Assembly: GCA_963719985.1 (NCBI GenBank)
Contig: CAVRDU010000005.1
Coordinates: 1,619,619 to 1,683,618 of the forward strand
Direction: 5' to 3'
Source of the DNA: Candidatus Aminicenantes bacterium
GTDB taxonomy: Bacteria; Acidobacteriota; Aminicenantia; Aminicenantales; Saccharicenantaceae
DNA length: 64,000 nucleotides
The notes under the pieces are model-generated. The model was not told the origin of the DNA and did not search any database. It saw only the letters and a list, made by a program, of their open reading frames with translations. Below, piece after piece: positions 21,339-32,036 of the stretch (its first letter is position 1; each line of letters opens with the position of its first letter). A program made the position numbers and the translations under genes.

Positions 21339-23099
21339 ATGAAAGCGAAACGACTCGTCCTTCCCGGAGCGCTGCTCGTCCTGCTCCTGGCCCTGCTTCA
21401 GGCCGGGCCGGCGGCGGTCCCCCAGGACCTGCCCTGTCCCACCTGCGGCCCGGCCGGCGAGCCCGAGGGCTGTACCGTCATCATGGTCGGCAAGAACGCC
21501 TCGACCGACGGTTCGGTCATGACGACGCACACCTGCGACTGCGGCGAGTGCGACTGGACCTGGCGCTACGTCCCGGCGGCCGACCACAAGCCCGGGGAGA
21601 CCCGCAAGATCTACCATATCAGCCAGTTCGGCAACTGGCCGCCCGACGCCGGCCTGAAGTGGGAGGACATCAAGCGGACGGTGGTCATGGAGATCCCCGA
21701 GATCCCGCACACCCGCGCTTACATCCACGGCGACTTCGGCTACATGAACGACGCCCAGGTGGCCATCGGCGAGTCGACCGTCGGCTGCCAGCCCAAGCTC
21801 GAGAACCCCACGCCTGCGGCCAAGTTCGACATCACCATGCTGACGCTCATTGCCATGGAGCGGGCCTCGACGGCCCGCGAGGCCGTCAAGATCATGGGCG
21901 AGCTCGGCGAGAAGTACGGCTACGGGCACACGGACACCGGCGAGATGCTGGCCCTGGCCGACCCGAACGAGGTCTGGGTTTTCGAGATCATGCCCGTCGG
22001 CCCGCTCTGGACGCCCCAGAGCGGCAAGGCCGGCGCCGTCTGGGCGGCCCAGCGCGTCCCCGACGACCACGTCTCGGTCTGCCCCAACGAGTCGCGCATC
22101 GGCGAGATCGACCTCAAGAACGCGGATCACTTCATGGCCTCGCCCAACGTCGTCCAGCTCGCGATCGATATGAAGTTCTACGATCCCAAGGGCGGCAAGC
22201 CGTTCAACTGGAAGAAGGCCTACAATCCCACGGGGGTCAGCGCGGCCAACACGAACGGGTCCCGCGTCCGCCTGTGGCGGTTCATGGACCTCGTCGCCCC
22301 CTCGCGGAAGTTCAGCCCCGAGACCCTGAACGAGGACTTCCCCTTCTCGATCAAGCCGGAGAAGAAGCTCTCCGCCCGCGACGTCATGATGATGACCCGG
22401 GACAAGACCGAAGGGACGCCCTACTGGCCGGCCCGGGGCATCCAGGGCGGGCCGTTCCAGAACCCGAACTACCTGCCCTATGGGTTCGAGCTCGACGGCA
22501 AGCGCTACAACACCCCTCGCATCATCGGCGTCAACCGGGCCGAGTACGTCACCGTCACCCAGAGCCGGGGCTGGCTGCCCGACCCCATCGGGGGCATCGT
22601 CTGGCTGGCCTGGGGCGCCCAGGACACCTCCTGCTTCATGCCCCTCTATGCCGCGGCCATGGACCGGATCCCGCGCTCGTTCGAGATCGGCGACCACTGG
22701 CACTTCGACAGGAATTCGGCCCGCTGGGCCTTCGACTACGCCGACTTCCACACCCAGGTCGCCTACAACCTGGCCATCGAGGACGTCCGCGCCGCCCAGA
22801 AGGCCTACGAGGACCCGGCCATCGAGAGGACGGACACGATCGACAAGGCCGCCTTGGACCTCCACAAGAGGGACCCGGCCCTGGCCGCCAAGTTCCTGAC
22901 CGACTACTGCCTGGCGAACATCGACCACGTCCTCGCCGCCTGGTGGCAGCTCGGCGACGACCTCCTGGTCAAGTACAACCACATGTGGGTCTACGACAAG
23001 GCCACGCGCAAGCGCGGACCGCTGAAGTTCCCCGACTGGTGGCTCAAGCTCCTGGTCGAGTACAACAAGCTCACGCCCCAGCCGGTCGAGAAGAAATAG
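21339..23099 (+). CDS. C69 family dipeptidase (Ntn hydrolase)
   Basis: Signal peptide then CTVIMVGKNASTDGS (N-terminal Cys nucleophile), MN..QVAIGEST, WAAQRVPDD. Confidence 0.92.
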   Translation: MKAKRLVLPGALLVLLLALLQAGPAAVPQDLPCPTCGPAGEPEGCTVIMVGKNASTDGSVMTTHTCDCGECDWTWRYVPAADHKPGETRKIYHISQFGNWPPDAGLKWEDIKRTVVMEIPEIPHTRAYIHGDFGYMNDAQVAIGESTVGCQPKLENPTPAAKFDITMLTLIAMERASTAREAVKIMGELGEKYGYGHTDTGEMLALADPNEVWVFEIMPVGPLWTPQSGKAGAVWAAQRVPDDHVSVCPNESRIGEIDLKNADHFMASPNVVQLAIDMKFYDPKGGKPFNWKKAYNPTGVSAANTNGSRVRLWRFMDLVAPSRKFSPETLNEDFPFSIKPEKKLSARDVMMMTRDKTEGTPYWPARGIQGGPFQNPNYLPYGFELDGKRYNTPRIIGVNRAEYVTVTQSRGWLPDPIGGIVWLAWGAQDTSCFMPLYAAAMDRIPRSFEIGDHWHFDRNSARWAFDYADFHTQVAYNLAIEDVRAAQKAYEDPAIERTDTIDKAALDLHKRDPALAAKFLTDYCLANIDHVLAAWWQLGDDLLVKYNHMWVYDKATRKRGPLKFPDWWLKLLVEYNKLTPQPVEKK

Positions 23100-23162
23100 T
23101 AGGGTCAACTTCTTCGCGGGCGAGTTCGTAGTAACGGGAAACCCCCGGGGAGGGGGGCGGCC

Positions 23163-24092
23163 ATGCTCGAGATCCGGAACCTGACCAAGTCGTACGGCGA
23201 CATCCTGGCCCTCGACCGGTTCTCCCTGGACCTCGGCAAGGGCGAGGTCCTGGGCCTGCTCGGCCCGAACGGCGCCGGCAAGACGACGCTCATCTCGATC
23301 CTGGCCGGGACGATCACCGACTTCAGCGGCACGGTGACCTTCCAGGGCCGGAACCTTTTCGCCGACCGTGAGATCAAGAACCGCCTGGGCATCGTCCCCC
23401 AGGACATGGCCTTCTACGACGAGCTCAGCGCCATGGACAATCTGCTCTTCTGGGGCGGCCTCTACGATGTTCCCCGGGCGGAGCTGAAGCGGCGGGCCGC
23501 GGAGCTCCTCGAGCGCGTCGAGCTCGCCGGCCGGGCCAAGGAGCCGGTCAAGAAGTTCTCGGGAGGCATGAAGCGCCGCCTCAACACGGCCATCGGCCTT
23601 CTCCACAAGCCCGACCTCCTGCTCCTCGACGAGCCGACGGTCGGCATCGACGTCCAGGCCAAGGTCAGCGTCCTCGACATCATCCGCAACGTCGGCGCCG
23701 CCGGCACTTCCGTCATCTTCACGACCCACCAGCTGGCCGAGGTCGAGACGACCTGCTCGCGCATCGCCATCATGGACCGCGGCCGCGTCCTGGCCCAGGG
23801 ATCGCTCGAGGAGCTCGTCCGCATCGTCGGCGAGCGCGATATCGTCGAGATCACGGGCGAGTTCGCCGCCGCCCCGTTCTCCGAGGCCCTCCAGGACATC
23901 GCCGGCGGCGAGGTCGAGCTCCTGTCCGCGGCCGACGGCTTGGCCGCCCTGTCCGTCTCGGCGACGGAGCAGATCCCGCGGATCATGGACCGGCTCTTCC
24001 GCCAAAAGATCGCCGTCTCCGACCTCAAGATCAAGTCGCCCAGCCTCGAGACCGTGTTCCTGAAGTTGACCGGCCGCAGCCTGAGGGACTGA
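23163..24092 (+). CDS. ABC-2 exporter ATP-binding subunit
   Basis: GPNGAGKTT, FSGGMKRR, LLLDEPTVGID motifs. Confidence 0.95.
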   Translation: MLEIRNLTKSYGDILALDRFSLDLGKGEVLGLLGPNGAGKTTLISILAGTITDFSGTVTFQGRNLFADREIKNRLGIVPQDMAFYDELSAMDNLLFWGGLYDVPRAELKRRAAELLERVELAGRAKEPVKKFSGGMKRRLNTAIGLLHKPDLLLLDEPTVGIDVQAKVSVLDIIRNVGAAGTSVIFTTHQLAEVETTCSRIAIMDRGRVLAQGSLEELVRIVGERDIVEITGEFAAAPFSEALQDIAGGEVELLSAADGLAALSVSATEQIPRIMDRLFRQKIAVSDLKIKSPSLETVFLKLTGRSLRD

Positions 24093-24095
24093 CCC

Positions 24096-25341
24096 ATGCG
24101 CCGGCTGCTCCTCGTCCTCGCGAACGACGTCCGCCGCCACCTCAAGGCGCCGCTGGTCCCCCTGATCTTCATGGTCATCCCGCTCGGCATGACCGGCCTC
24201 ATCGGCGTCATCTTCGGCCCGCGGACGGAGGGCCGCGAGCTCCCGCCCATCTCCGTCCTCCTCGTCGACAACGACAAGGGCCTGGCCTCGAAGCTACTCG
24301 TCGGCGCCTTCGACGTCGACCAGATGAAGGCGATGTTCCAGGTGACCGTGACCGACGAGGCCGACGGCCGCAAGCGGATGGGACGGGGCAAGGCCTCGGC
24401 CATGGTCGTCGTCCCCGCCGGCTTCACCCTCGACCTGCTCGACGCGAAGCCCGTGACCCTCCTCGTCGTCAAGAACCCGTCCGAGCAGTTCCTGCCCGAC
24501 GTCGTCGAGGAGTTCATGAACACCATGGCGGTCATGCTGTCGGGCGTCGTCCAGGCCTTCGCCGAGGAGGTCCGGGGCATCCGGGCCCTGATCGACCGTC
24601 CGGTCGAGAGCTTCCCCTGGGAAGAGCTCGGCCCGGAGTTCGGCAGGGCCCAGAAAGAAGGTAGTCGCGGCGCGGAAATACCTGGACCCCCTGATCATCC
24701 GCCTGAACGCGGAGGAGACGAAGGCGGCCGGCGCCCAGACGAGCTTCACCCAGGCGGACCTCTTCTCGATGATCCTGCCCGGCATGGCCGTCATGTTCCT
24801 GCTGTTCATCGTCCAGACCCTGATGCGTGACATCGTCTCCGAGCGCGAGGACGGCAAGCTCCGGCGCATGCTGACGACGCCGCTCCGGCCGATCGAGCTC
24901 ATCGGCGCCCGTATCGCCGGCGGCTGGGTCATGGGGATCGCCGTCCTTCTGGTCATGGTCGCGGCGGGCAGCCTCATCTTCCGCGCGACCTGGGGCCCGT
25001 TGGGCGGGTTCCTCCTGCTCGGCGCCGTCGCCTCCTTCTGGACGGCCGCCTTCTTCGCCCTCCTCCACGCCCTCGTCCGGAACCGGAACCAGTCCGGCGC
25101 GTTCAGCGCGCCGATCATCCTGGCCTTCAGCCTGTTCGGAGGCTCGATGATGAACGCGGAGGCGATGCCGAAGGCCTTCCGGACGGTCGGCCTCCTGACG
25201 CCCAACCGCTGGTTCATCGACGGCGCGGCCCTCCTCCGCGACGGCCGCTTCCCCGTCGTCCCGCTCCTTATCCTGGCCGCGAGCGGCCTCGTCCTCCTGG
25301 CCCTGGCCGTCCCGGCCCTGCGGCGGCGGACCTCGGTGTGA
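24096..25341 (+). CDS. ABC-2 permease; +1 frameshift at about 24655
   Basis: N-terminal TM plus extracytoplasmic domain and C-terminal ABC-2 TM region lie in adjacent frames; removing one A of AAA at 24654-24656 restores QKKVVAARKYLDPLII. Confidence 0.85.
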
Positions 25342-25343
25342 CC

Positions 25344-26477
25344 ATGAGGCGCGTGAAACGGGTCCTCCACGTGGCCGCGAACGACCTCGGGCTCATGGTC
25401 CGCGACAAGGCCTTCTTTTTCTGGACGCTGGCCTTCCCGATCTTCTTCATCGTCCTGTTCGGGCTGCTCTACAAGTCGGGGGAGAACGCCCCACCCGTAG
25501 CCGAGCTGACGGTCGTAAACCTCGACGAGGGGCGGTGGGGCGACTATTTCGTCGGGAAGATCGAGGCCCCCAACCTGGCCATCAAGACTGCCGAAACAGA
25601 ACCGGCCGAATACAGCCGCCTGCTCGTCCTGCCGGCCGACTTCTCGGCCCGGATCGAGGCCCGCCGCGACCAGGCCCTGGCCTTCAAGAAGCGCTCCGGC
25701 GCGTCGATGAAGGCGGCCGCCCAGGTCGAGACCCGGCTTTATCAATCGATCGCCCGGGTCGTCAGCGAGCTCGTCCTCTACGGCGAGGGCGATCTCACGA
25801 AGTTCCTGGACGGACACCCCGAGTTCCGCGACATCGTCCGGGTCGAGAGCCGCTTCCCCGAGAAGACGGTCACCGTCGTCCCCAGCGGGTTCGACCACTC
25901 CATCCCCGGGACGACCGTCCAGTTCATCATGATGATGGTCATCATCTACGGGGGCGTCACCGTGCTGGAGGACCGGAAAAAGGGGGTCCTGGCGCGGATG
26001 CTCTTCTCGCCGCTCGCCACGGCGGACGTCTTCCAGGCCAAGCTCCTGGGGCGCTGGTCGATGGGCCTCATCCAGGCGCTCATGCTCATCGTCGTCGGCA
26101 AGATCTTCTTCCGGTTGAACCTGGGGAGCCTGCCGCTAGCACTCCTCGTCATCGCCGTCTTCGCCCTGGCCATGGCCGCGCTCAGCATCTTCATCGGCTC
26201 CCTGTGCACGAAGGAGGACATGATCGTCGGCCTGGCCGTGCTCCTGGCCAACATGTTCGCCGGCCTCGGGGGGTGCTGGTGGCCGAACGAGATCGTGCCC
26301 CTGGCCGTGCGCCGGGTGGCCGTGATCTCGCCGGCCTACTGGGCCATGGACGCGCTCCACAAGCTCCGGTTCTTCCAGGGCGGGTTGGCCGACATCCTGC
26401 CGCACCTGGGGGTCCTGCTGGCGCTGTCCGCGCTCCTGGCGGTCGTCGCCGGGCGCTATTTCCGGATCCGGGACTGA
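25344..26477 (+). CDS. ABC-2 permease
   Basis: FFWTLAFP, EDRKKGVLARM, LGGCWWP, SPAYWAMDA motifs. Confidence 0.9.
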   Translation: MRRVKRVLHVAANDLGLMVRDKAFFFWTLAFPIFFIVLFGLLYKSGENAPPVAELTVVNLDEGRWGDYFVGKIEAPNLAIKTAETEPAEYSRLLVLPADFSARIEARRDQALAFKKRSGASMKAAAQVETRLYQSIARVVSELVLYGEGDLTKFLDGHPEFRDIVRVESRFPEKTVTVVPSGFDHSIPGTTVQFIMMMVIIYGGVTVLEDRKKGVLARMLFSPLATADVFQAKLLGRWSMGLIQALMLIVVGKIFFRLNLGSLPLALLVIAVFALAMAALSIFIGSLCTKEDMIVGLAVLLANMFAGLGGCWWPNEIVPLAVRRVAVISPAYWAMDALHKLRFFQGGLADILPHLGVLLALSALLAVVAGRYFRIRD

Positions 26478-26483
26478 CGCCGC

Positions 26484-27856
26484 TCAGAACTGACGTGTGC
26501 CGGTGAGCGGCAGCACGACGCGGAAGGTCGTGCCCTTGTCCGGCTCGCTCTCGACCTCGATCCCGCCCCCGTGCATCTTGGCCACGCTCAGCGCGATGGA
26601 CAGGCCGAGGCCCGTGCCGCCGTCGGAGGCCGTCCGGGCCTTGTCGACGCGGTAGAACCGGTCGAAGATGAAGGGCAGGTGCTCGGCCGGGATGCCGATC
26701 CCGGTGTCGGAGACCGACGCGACCGCCTGGCCGTCCCGGCGGGCGAGCGAGGCCGTGATCGTGCCGCCGCCCGGCGTGTAGCGGACGGCGTTGTCCAGGA
26801 TGTTGAGGAAGAGCTGCCTGAGCTTGATCCGGTCGCCGCGGACCTTGAGCTCGTCCATCGAGCCCAGCTCGAGCGTCAGACCCTTGTCCTGGACGAGCAG
26901 GTCGAGGTCCTGGGCCAGCTCGGCGAGGAGCGGCTTGAGCTTGACGTCCTCGAAATCGATCGGTTCCGATCCGGAGTCGCTCCGGGCGAGGAGGAGCATC
27001 TTGCCGACGATCTGGGACATGAACTCGATCTCCTGGGACACGAGCTCGAGCGACCGCCGGTACTCGGCCTGGGAGCGGTCCTTCTCCAGGGCCAGCGAGG
27101 ACTCGGCCTGGATGATGGCCAGGGGGGTCCGCAGCTCGTGGGAGGCGTCGGCGACGAACTGGCGCTCCTTCTTGAAGGCCTCCTCGAGCCGCCCGATCAT
27201 CCCGTTGAGCGTCGCGGCCAGGAGCCCGAGCTCGTCGTCGGTCTGGACTTCGATCCGGCGGCTGAGGTCGCTCTCGCCGATCGTCCGGGCCGCCTCCGCG
27301 ATCTGTTCGACCGGCTTCAGGGTCCGGTCCGTCAGGAAGACGCCTCCGACGCCGGCCAGGATGACGACGAAGATGGACGAGTTCAGGATGACCATCCGGA
27401 AGATGGCCAGCACGCTGACGATGTCGTTGGTCGTCCGGCCGACGGCGATGGCGACGCGGGTCTGGGAATCGACGTTGTAGGGGGCCGCGTAGAAGCGCAC
27501 GTCCGGCCCCTCGGCCCGGGAGGCCGACTGGAACCCGCTCTTCCCGAACAGGGCCTGCTCGACGGTCGTGTGGATGCTGGAGAACTGGACGTTCGGGCCG
27601 AGGCGCTGCATCAGGACGCCGTCGTCGTCGTAGATCATCACGATCTCGGGGACCTTTTCGACGAAGACGGCCTGGCGGCCTTCGATCCGGATCGATCCCT
27701 GGAGCTCGATGAAGCGGGCCCGCAGCGCGTCGTCGAGGCCCCGGTAGAGGCTCCGCGAGAGCAGGTAATAGGAGAAGGTCCCGAAGACGGCGAGCATGGC
27801 CACGATGGCGGCCAGGTACCAGAGCGTCAGGCGGAACTTGATGCTCTTGAGGAACT

Positions 27857-27860
<4 letters not shown>
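26484..27860 (-). CDS. HAMP-domain sensor histidine kinase
   Basis: Two TM helices, HAMP domain, [33 protein letters not shown]. Confidence 0.96.
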
Positions 27861-28534
<674 letters not shown>

Positions 28535-28587
28535 GGAACGCTCTCCTGAAAGCCGTGCCTGGACCCTCGTATCATACTCCTTCCAAG

Positions 28588-28668
28588 ATGAATATATTAT
28601 GAAAATAGAATGAAAGATACAAGGCGAATTTTAATCTATATTTAATCTTCTTTTAACAGTGAATTCAT
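28588..28668. promoter_or_regulatory. AT-rich divergent control region with 11-bp-periodic repeats
   Basis: ATGAA at 28588, 28599 and 28610; TTTAA at 28630, 28641 and 28652. Confidence 0.6.
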
Positions 28669-28690
28669 CTCGCGTTGATAGGTTAGTCCC

Positions 28691-29302
28691 ATGAATCCCA
28701 TCCTGATGAAACACAATTCGCTGATGGAGCGGATCGTCAGGGAATACGGCGGCATGATCCGGGACGCGGTGGAGAAGGCCCTCGGCGCGATGGCCCCCAC
28801 GGAGGACGTCGTCGCTGAGATCCACTTCGCGGTCTTCCTGACCCTCCGGAAGCTCGGCGAGGGTTGGGCGCCGCCGCGGTCCTTCGTCTCCACGATCGTC
28901 CGGAACAAGGTCAACGAGTTCCTGTGGCAGAAGCATTGGGACAAGGACGACGTCGCCAAGGTCAAGAAGCATCGGGCCGAACAGACCCTCCGCCGGGAGG
29001 AGGCCATGGCCCACGTCCATACGCTCACGCAGAGCGAATTCAAGGTCTTCCGCCTCCTCGGGCTGGGCCTGACCAACCAGGAGATCGCCGAGACGCTCTT
29101 CATCTCGCCCCTCACCGTCAGGACCCACGTCAAGCGGATCCACGCCAAGTGCGGGATCGAGGGCCGGGCCAAGCTGGCCCTGGCGGCCTACCAGGCCTGC
29201 TATCGGGACCACGGCGAGGCCGGCGAGGCGGGCCCGGGGCTGACCGCCCACGAGCCCGGAGGCTACCTCAAGCCGAGCCTGCTCACCCACCAGCCGAACT
29301 GA
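28691..29302 (+). CDS. LuxR-type HTH regulator with sigma-region-2-like N-terminus
   Basis: C-terminal LTQSEFKVFRLLGLGLTNQEIAETLFISPLTVRTHVKRIHAK; N-terminal EDVVAEIH...FVSTIVRNKVNEFL. Confidence 0.8.
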   Translation: MNPILMKHNSLMERIVREYGGMIRDAVEKALGAMAPTEDVVAEIHFAVFLTLRKLGEGWAPPRSFVSTIVRNKVNEFLWQKHWDKDDVAKVKKHRAEQTLRREEAMAHVHTLTQSEFKVFRLLGLGLTNQEIAETLFISPLTVRTHVKRIHAKCGIEGRAKLALAAYQACYRDHGEAGEAGPGLTAHEPGGYLKPSLLTHQPN

Positions 29303-29363
29303 ATCCCCGCTGATTGACACCGTGCGGAGCGTGGTGTCATGATGTCGACAAGGGGTTCGAACA

Positions 29364-31052
29364 ATGCGCCCATCCCGGCCCGCTCTCTCCCTCTGGATCG
29401 CCGGTTCGCTCGTTCTTGCCGCCGCCTGCAAGTCGGCCACCGCGCCGGAGCCTCCGGAGCCGCGCTACCAGCTCGCCGTCGCCGTCTCGCCTTCGAACGG
29501 CGGGACGGTCGCCCGCGCGCCCGACCGGGCCGATTACGAGCCGGGCACGGTCGTGACCCTGACGGCGACGCCCGCTCCCGGCTATCTCTTCACCCGGTGG
29601 GCCGGCGACGTCAACGGGACGGACAATCCGTCCACCGTGACGATGAGCGCGAACCGGGCGGTGAGCGCGGTCTTCACCTCGACGACGCCGCGGTACACGC
29701 TCTCCGTGGCGGTCTCGCCCTCGACCGGCGGGTCCGTCGCGCGGTCGCCCGCCCTCGGCGAGTACGAGCCGGGCACGGTCGTGACCCTCACGGCGGCCCC
29801 CGCCGCGGGCTACGCGTTCACTCGTTGGGAGGGGGACGCCACCGGCGCGGACAACCCGGCCGCGGTGACGATGGACGCGAACCGGAGCGTCGTGGCCGTC
29901 TTCACTCCCACGACGCATTACACGCTGACCGTCGCGGCCTCGCCTTCGAACGGCGGGACCATCGCCCGGTCGCCCGACCAGGCCGAGTACGCGCCGGGGA
30001 CGGTCGTGACGCTCACGGCGACGCCGGCAGTGGGCTACGCCTTCTCGCGCTGGGACGGAGGCCTCGCCGGAACCTCCAATCCGGCCACGATCGCGATGAC
30101 GGCGGACAGGAGCGTGACCGCGATCTTCACGGAAACGGACCACCCGGTCATCCAGCTCTCGCCGGCGGGCCTGTCCTTCACGGCGATCCGCGGGCAGCCG
30201 GGCCCGGCGGCCCAAGTCGTCGGCGTCACGAACGGCGGCGGGGGGACGCTCGACGGACTCGTCCGGATCTACCCCGACGGAAAGCCGGACTGGCTGACGG
30301 CGACCTTGAGCGGGACCATCGCGCCGGCGACGCTCTCCGTCGAAGTTTCCCTGTACGACCGTTTCGGCCGCCCCTTGGCGGCGGGGGCGTACGCGTCGCG
30401 CGTCGCCGTCTCCTCCCCGGCGGCGGGGAACAGCCCTCAGGACGTCGCCGTGACGTTCACGATCCTGGCCGAGACGACCCTGACGTTCTTCGCGGCCTTC
30501 GACAACACGGTCAAGTCCTCCACGGACGACGCCTCGGAGGCCAACTCGGTCTATTTCGAGATACCCCTCGAGGTGGGCGTCGATTACGTCCGGAACGCCT
30601 CCGGCTACGACACGCGCGAGGCCGCCTCGGCCCTTCTCTTCGACGTCCAGAGCCAGATCGCCGGGCGCGACATCGCCCGGGCGACCCTACGGCTCTACGT
30701 GCACACGCTCCGGGCGGACCTGTCCGCCGCGCCGCTCGTCCGGGTAAGCGCGTTCGCCTCCATCTGGAACCCCATGACACTGACCTGGAACGCCTGGAGG
30801 ACGATGCAGGTCCACGCGGCCGGGACGTCGTCCCGGGCCGCGCCGTCGAGCCTGTCGCTGCCCTTCGACCTCGACGTCACGACGATCGTCCGGAACTGGG
30901 CCTCGGGAAGCTGGGTCAACCAAGGGCTCCAGGTCGATTTCCTGAACCACGTCTATCCGGGTTCGACGTCCCTGCAGAAGACGCGCTTTCAGAGCCTCGA
31001 AGTGAACGTCGACCCGTCCCGGCGTCCGCAGCTCATCGTCGAGTTTCAATAA
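29364..31052 (+). CDS. Surface lipoprotein: three InlB-B-type repeats, Ig/BACON-like domain, DNRLRE/CBM96-like C-terminus
   Basis: Lipobox AAAC; three repeats Y.L.V..SP..GG.V.RSP...Y.PGTVVTLTA.PA.GY.F.RW.G; C-terminal LLFDV...ATLRLY...DVTTIVRNW...RPQL. Confidence 0.8.
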   Translation: MRPSRPALSLWIAGSLVLAAACKSATAPEPPEPRYQLAVAVSPSNGGTVARAPDRADYEPGTVVTLTATPAPGYLFTRWAGDVNGTDNPSTVTMSANRAVSAVFTSTTPRYTLSVAVSPSTGGSVARSPALGEYEPGTVVTLTAAPAAGYAFTRWEGDATGADNPAAVTMDANRSVVAVFTPTTHYTLTVAASPSNGGTIARSPDQAEYAPGTVVTLTATPAVGYAFSRWDGGLAGTSNPATIAMTADRSVTAIFTETDHPVIQLSPAGLSFTAIRGQPGPAAQVVGVTNGGGGTLDGLVRIYPDGKPDWLTATLSGTIAPATLSVEVSLYDRFGRPLAAGAYASRVAVSSPAAGNSPQDVAVTFTILAETTLTFFAAFDNTVKSSTDDASEANSVYFEIPLEVGVDYVRNASGYDTREAASALLFDVQSQIAGRDIARATLRLYVHTLRADLSAAPLVRVSAFASIWNPMTLTWNAWRTMQVHAAGTSSRAAPSSLSLPFDLDVTTIVRNWASGSWVNQGLQVDFLNHVYPGSTSLQKTRFQSLEVNVDPSRRPQLIVEFQ

Positions 31053-31056
31053 GGCG

Positions 31057-31155
31057 ATGAACGGGCATCAGCGCATCCGCGCCGCCCTCGCGGGGGAGCG
31101 CCCCGACCGCGTCCCGGTCATGCTCCACAACTTCCTCCTGGCCGCCCGGGGCTGA
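31057..31155 (+). pseudogene. 5' remnant of a uroporphyrinogen decarboxylase/MtaA-CmuA-family methyltransferase
   Basis: Translates MNGHQRIRAALAGERPDRVPVMLHNFLLAARG*, matching the typical family N-terminus; the rest of the gene is absent. Confidence 0.65.
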
Positions 31156-31174
31156 AGATCCGGGACCCGAGGTC

Positions 31175-31223
31175 TTGACTTATCCTGTGCCACGAGTCAT
31201 ACTACGGTAAGATGGAGTATGAC
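31175..31223 (+). promoter_or_regulatory. vapBC promoter with inverted-repeat operator
   Basis: TTGACT(31175)-17-CATACT(31198); inverted repeat GTCATACT(31196)-N12-AGTATGAC(31216). Confidence 0.75.
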
Positions 31224-31239
31224 CAACAGGGGGCAAATA

Positions 31240-31611
31240 ATGCCGAAGACGATCAAATTCTCGATCAGCATGCCGGCTTCGGAGTTCAAGGAGCTCGAGT
31301 CGGCCCGCCGGAAGACGGGGAGAACGAGAAGCCAGTTCCTCCGTGAGGCCGCTCTTTGTGAACATGGCCGACGGACACGGGATGTCCCGGCCGGTTCGGT
31401 CAGAGAGGAACGGAGGGCCTATGGAGGGCCGGAGATCCCGTTGATGACGGACCCGGCGGAGCTGAGAGTGCGGGCGATCGCCGCGGCGGGAGCCTTCAAT
31501 AGCGGCCTCCGGGACCTCTCCATAGGCCACGACCTGTACCTTTCCGATCCCGAGCCCGGACGCGACGAAGGAACGCCCGAGAGCGGCCGGGAGAAGAAGG
31601 GAGGATCGTGA
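31240..31611 (+). CDS. Ribbon-helix-helix (CopG-like) antitoxin
   Basis: MPKTIKFSISMP...RTRSQFLREAAL; C-terminal GAFNSGLRDLSIGHDLYL; stop overlaps the toxin start (GTGA). Confidence 0.8.
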   Translation: MPKTIKFSISMPASEFKELESARRKTGRTRSQFLREAALCEHGRRTRDVPAGSVREERRAYGGPEIPLMTDPAELRVRAIAAAGAFNSGLRDLSIGHDLYLSDPEPGRDEGTPESGREKKGGS

Positions 31612-32006
31612 ACGTCTTCGTCGACACGAGCGCCCTGCTGGCCGTGCTGGACCGGAGCGACGAGCGCCACGCCGCCGCCGCGCGGACATGGACCGCCCTT
31701 CTCGACGGGACGCACGCGCTCCTCTCGCACAATTACATCCTCGTGGAAACGTCGGCCGTTCTGGCGCGGCGCATAGGGCTGGAAGCCGTCCGCGTCTTCG
31801 AGCGCGACGTCCGGCCCGTACTGGGCCTCGTCTGGGTGACGAGGGAGGTCCACGAGGCCGCCGTCGGCGTTCATCTCGCCGCGCGCCGCCGGGCCCTGAG
31901 CCTGGTCGATTGCGTCAGCTTCGAGGTCATGCGTAGGACGGGGGTCCGTTCGGCCTTCGCCTTCGATCCGCACTTCTGGGAATTCGGCTGCGAGCCGGTC
32001 GAATAG
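31608..32006 (+). CDS. vapC: PIN-domain toxin VapC
   Basis: VFVDTSALLA, ILVET, SLVDCVSF, FAFDPHF acidic PIN motifs. Confidence 0.93.
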   Translation: MNVFVDTSALLAVLDRSDERHAAAARTWTALLDGTHALLSHNYILVETSAVLARRIGLEAVRVFERDVRPVLGLVWVTREVHEAAVGVHLAARRRALSLVDCVSFEVMRRTGVRSAFAFDPHFWEFGCEPVE

Positions 32007-32036
32007 CCGCGGTGCGCGCGGCCCCCGGGCCGGCGG

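Noticed and set aside
29460-30130. Three long direct repeats
   Set aside because: These are coding InlB-B-type domain repeats, not a CRISPR array or mobile element.
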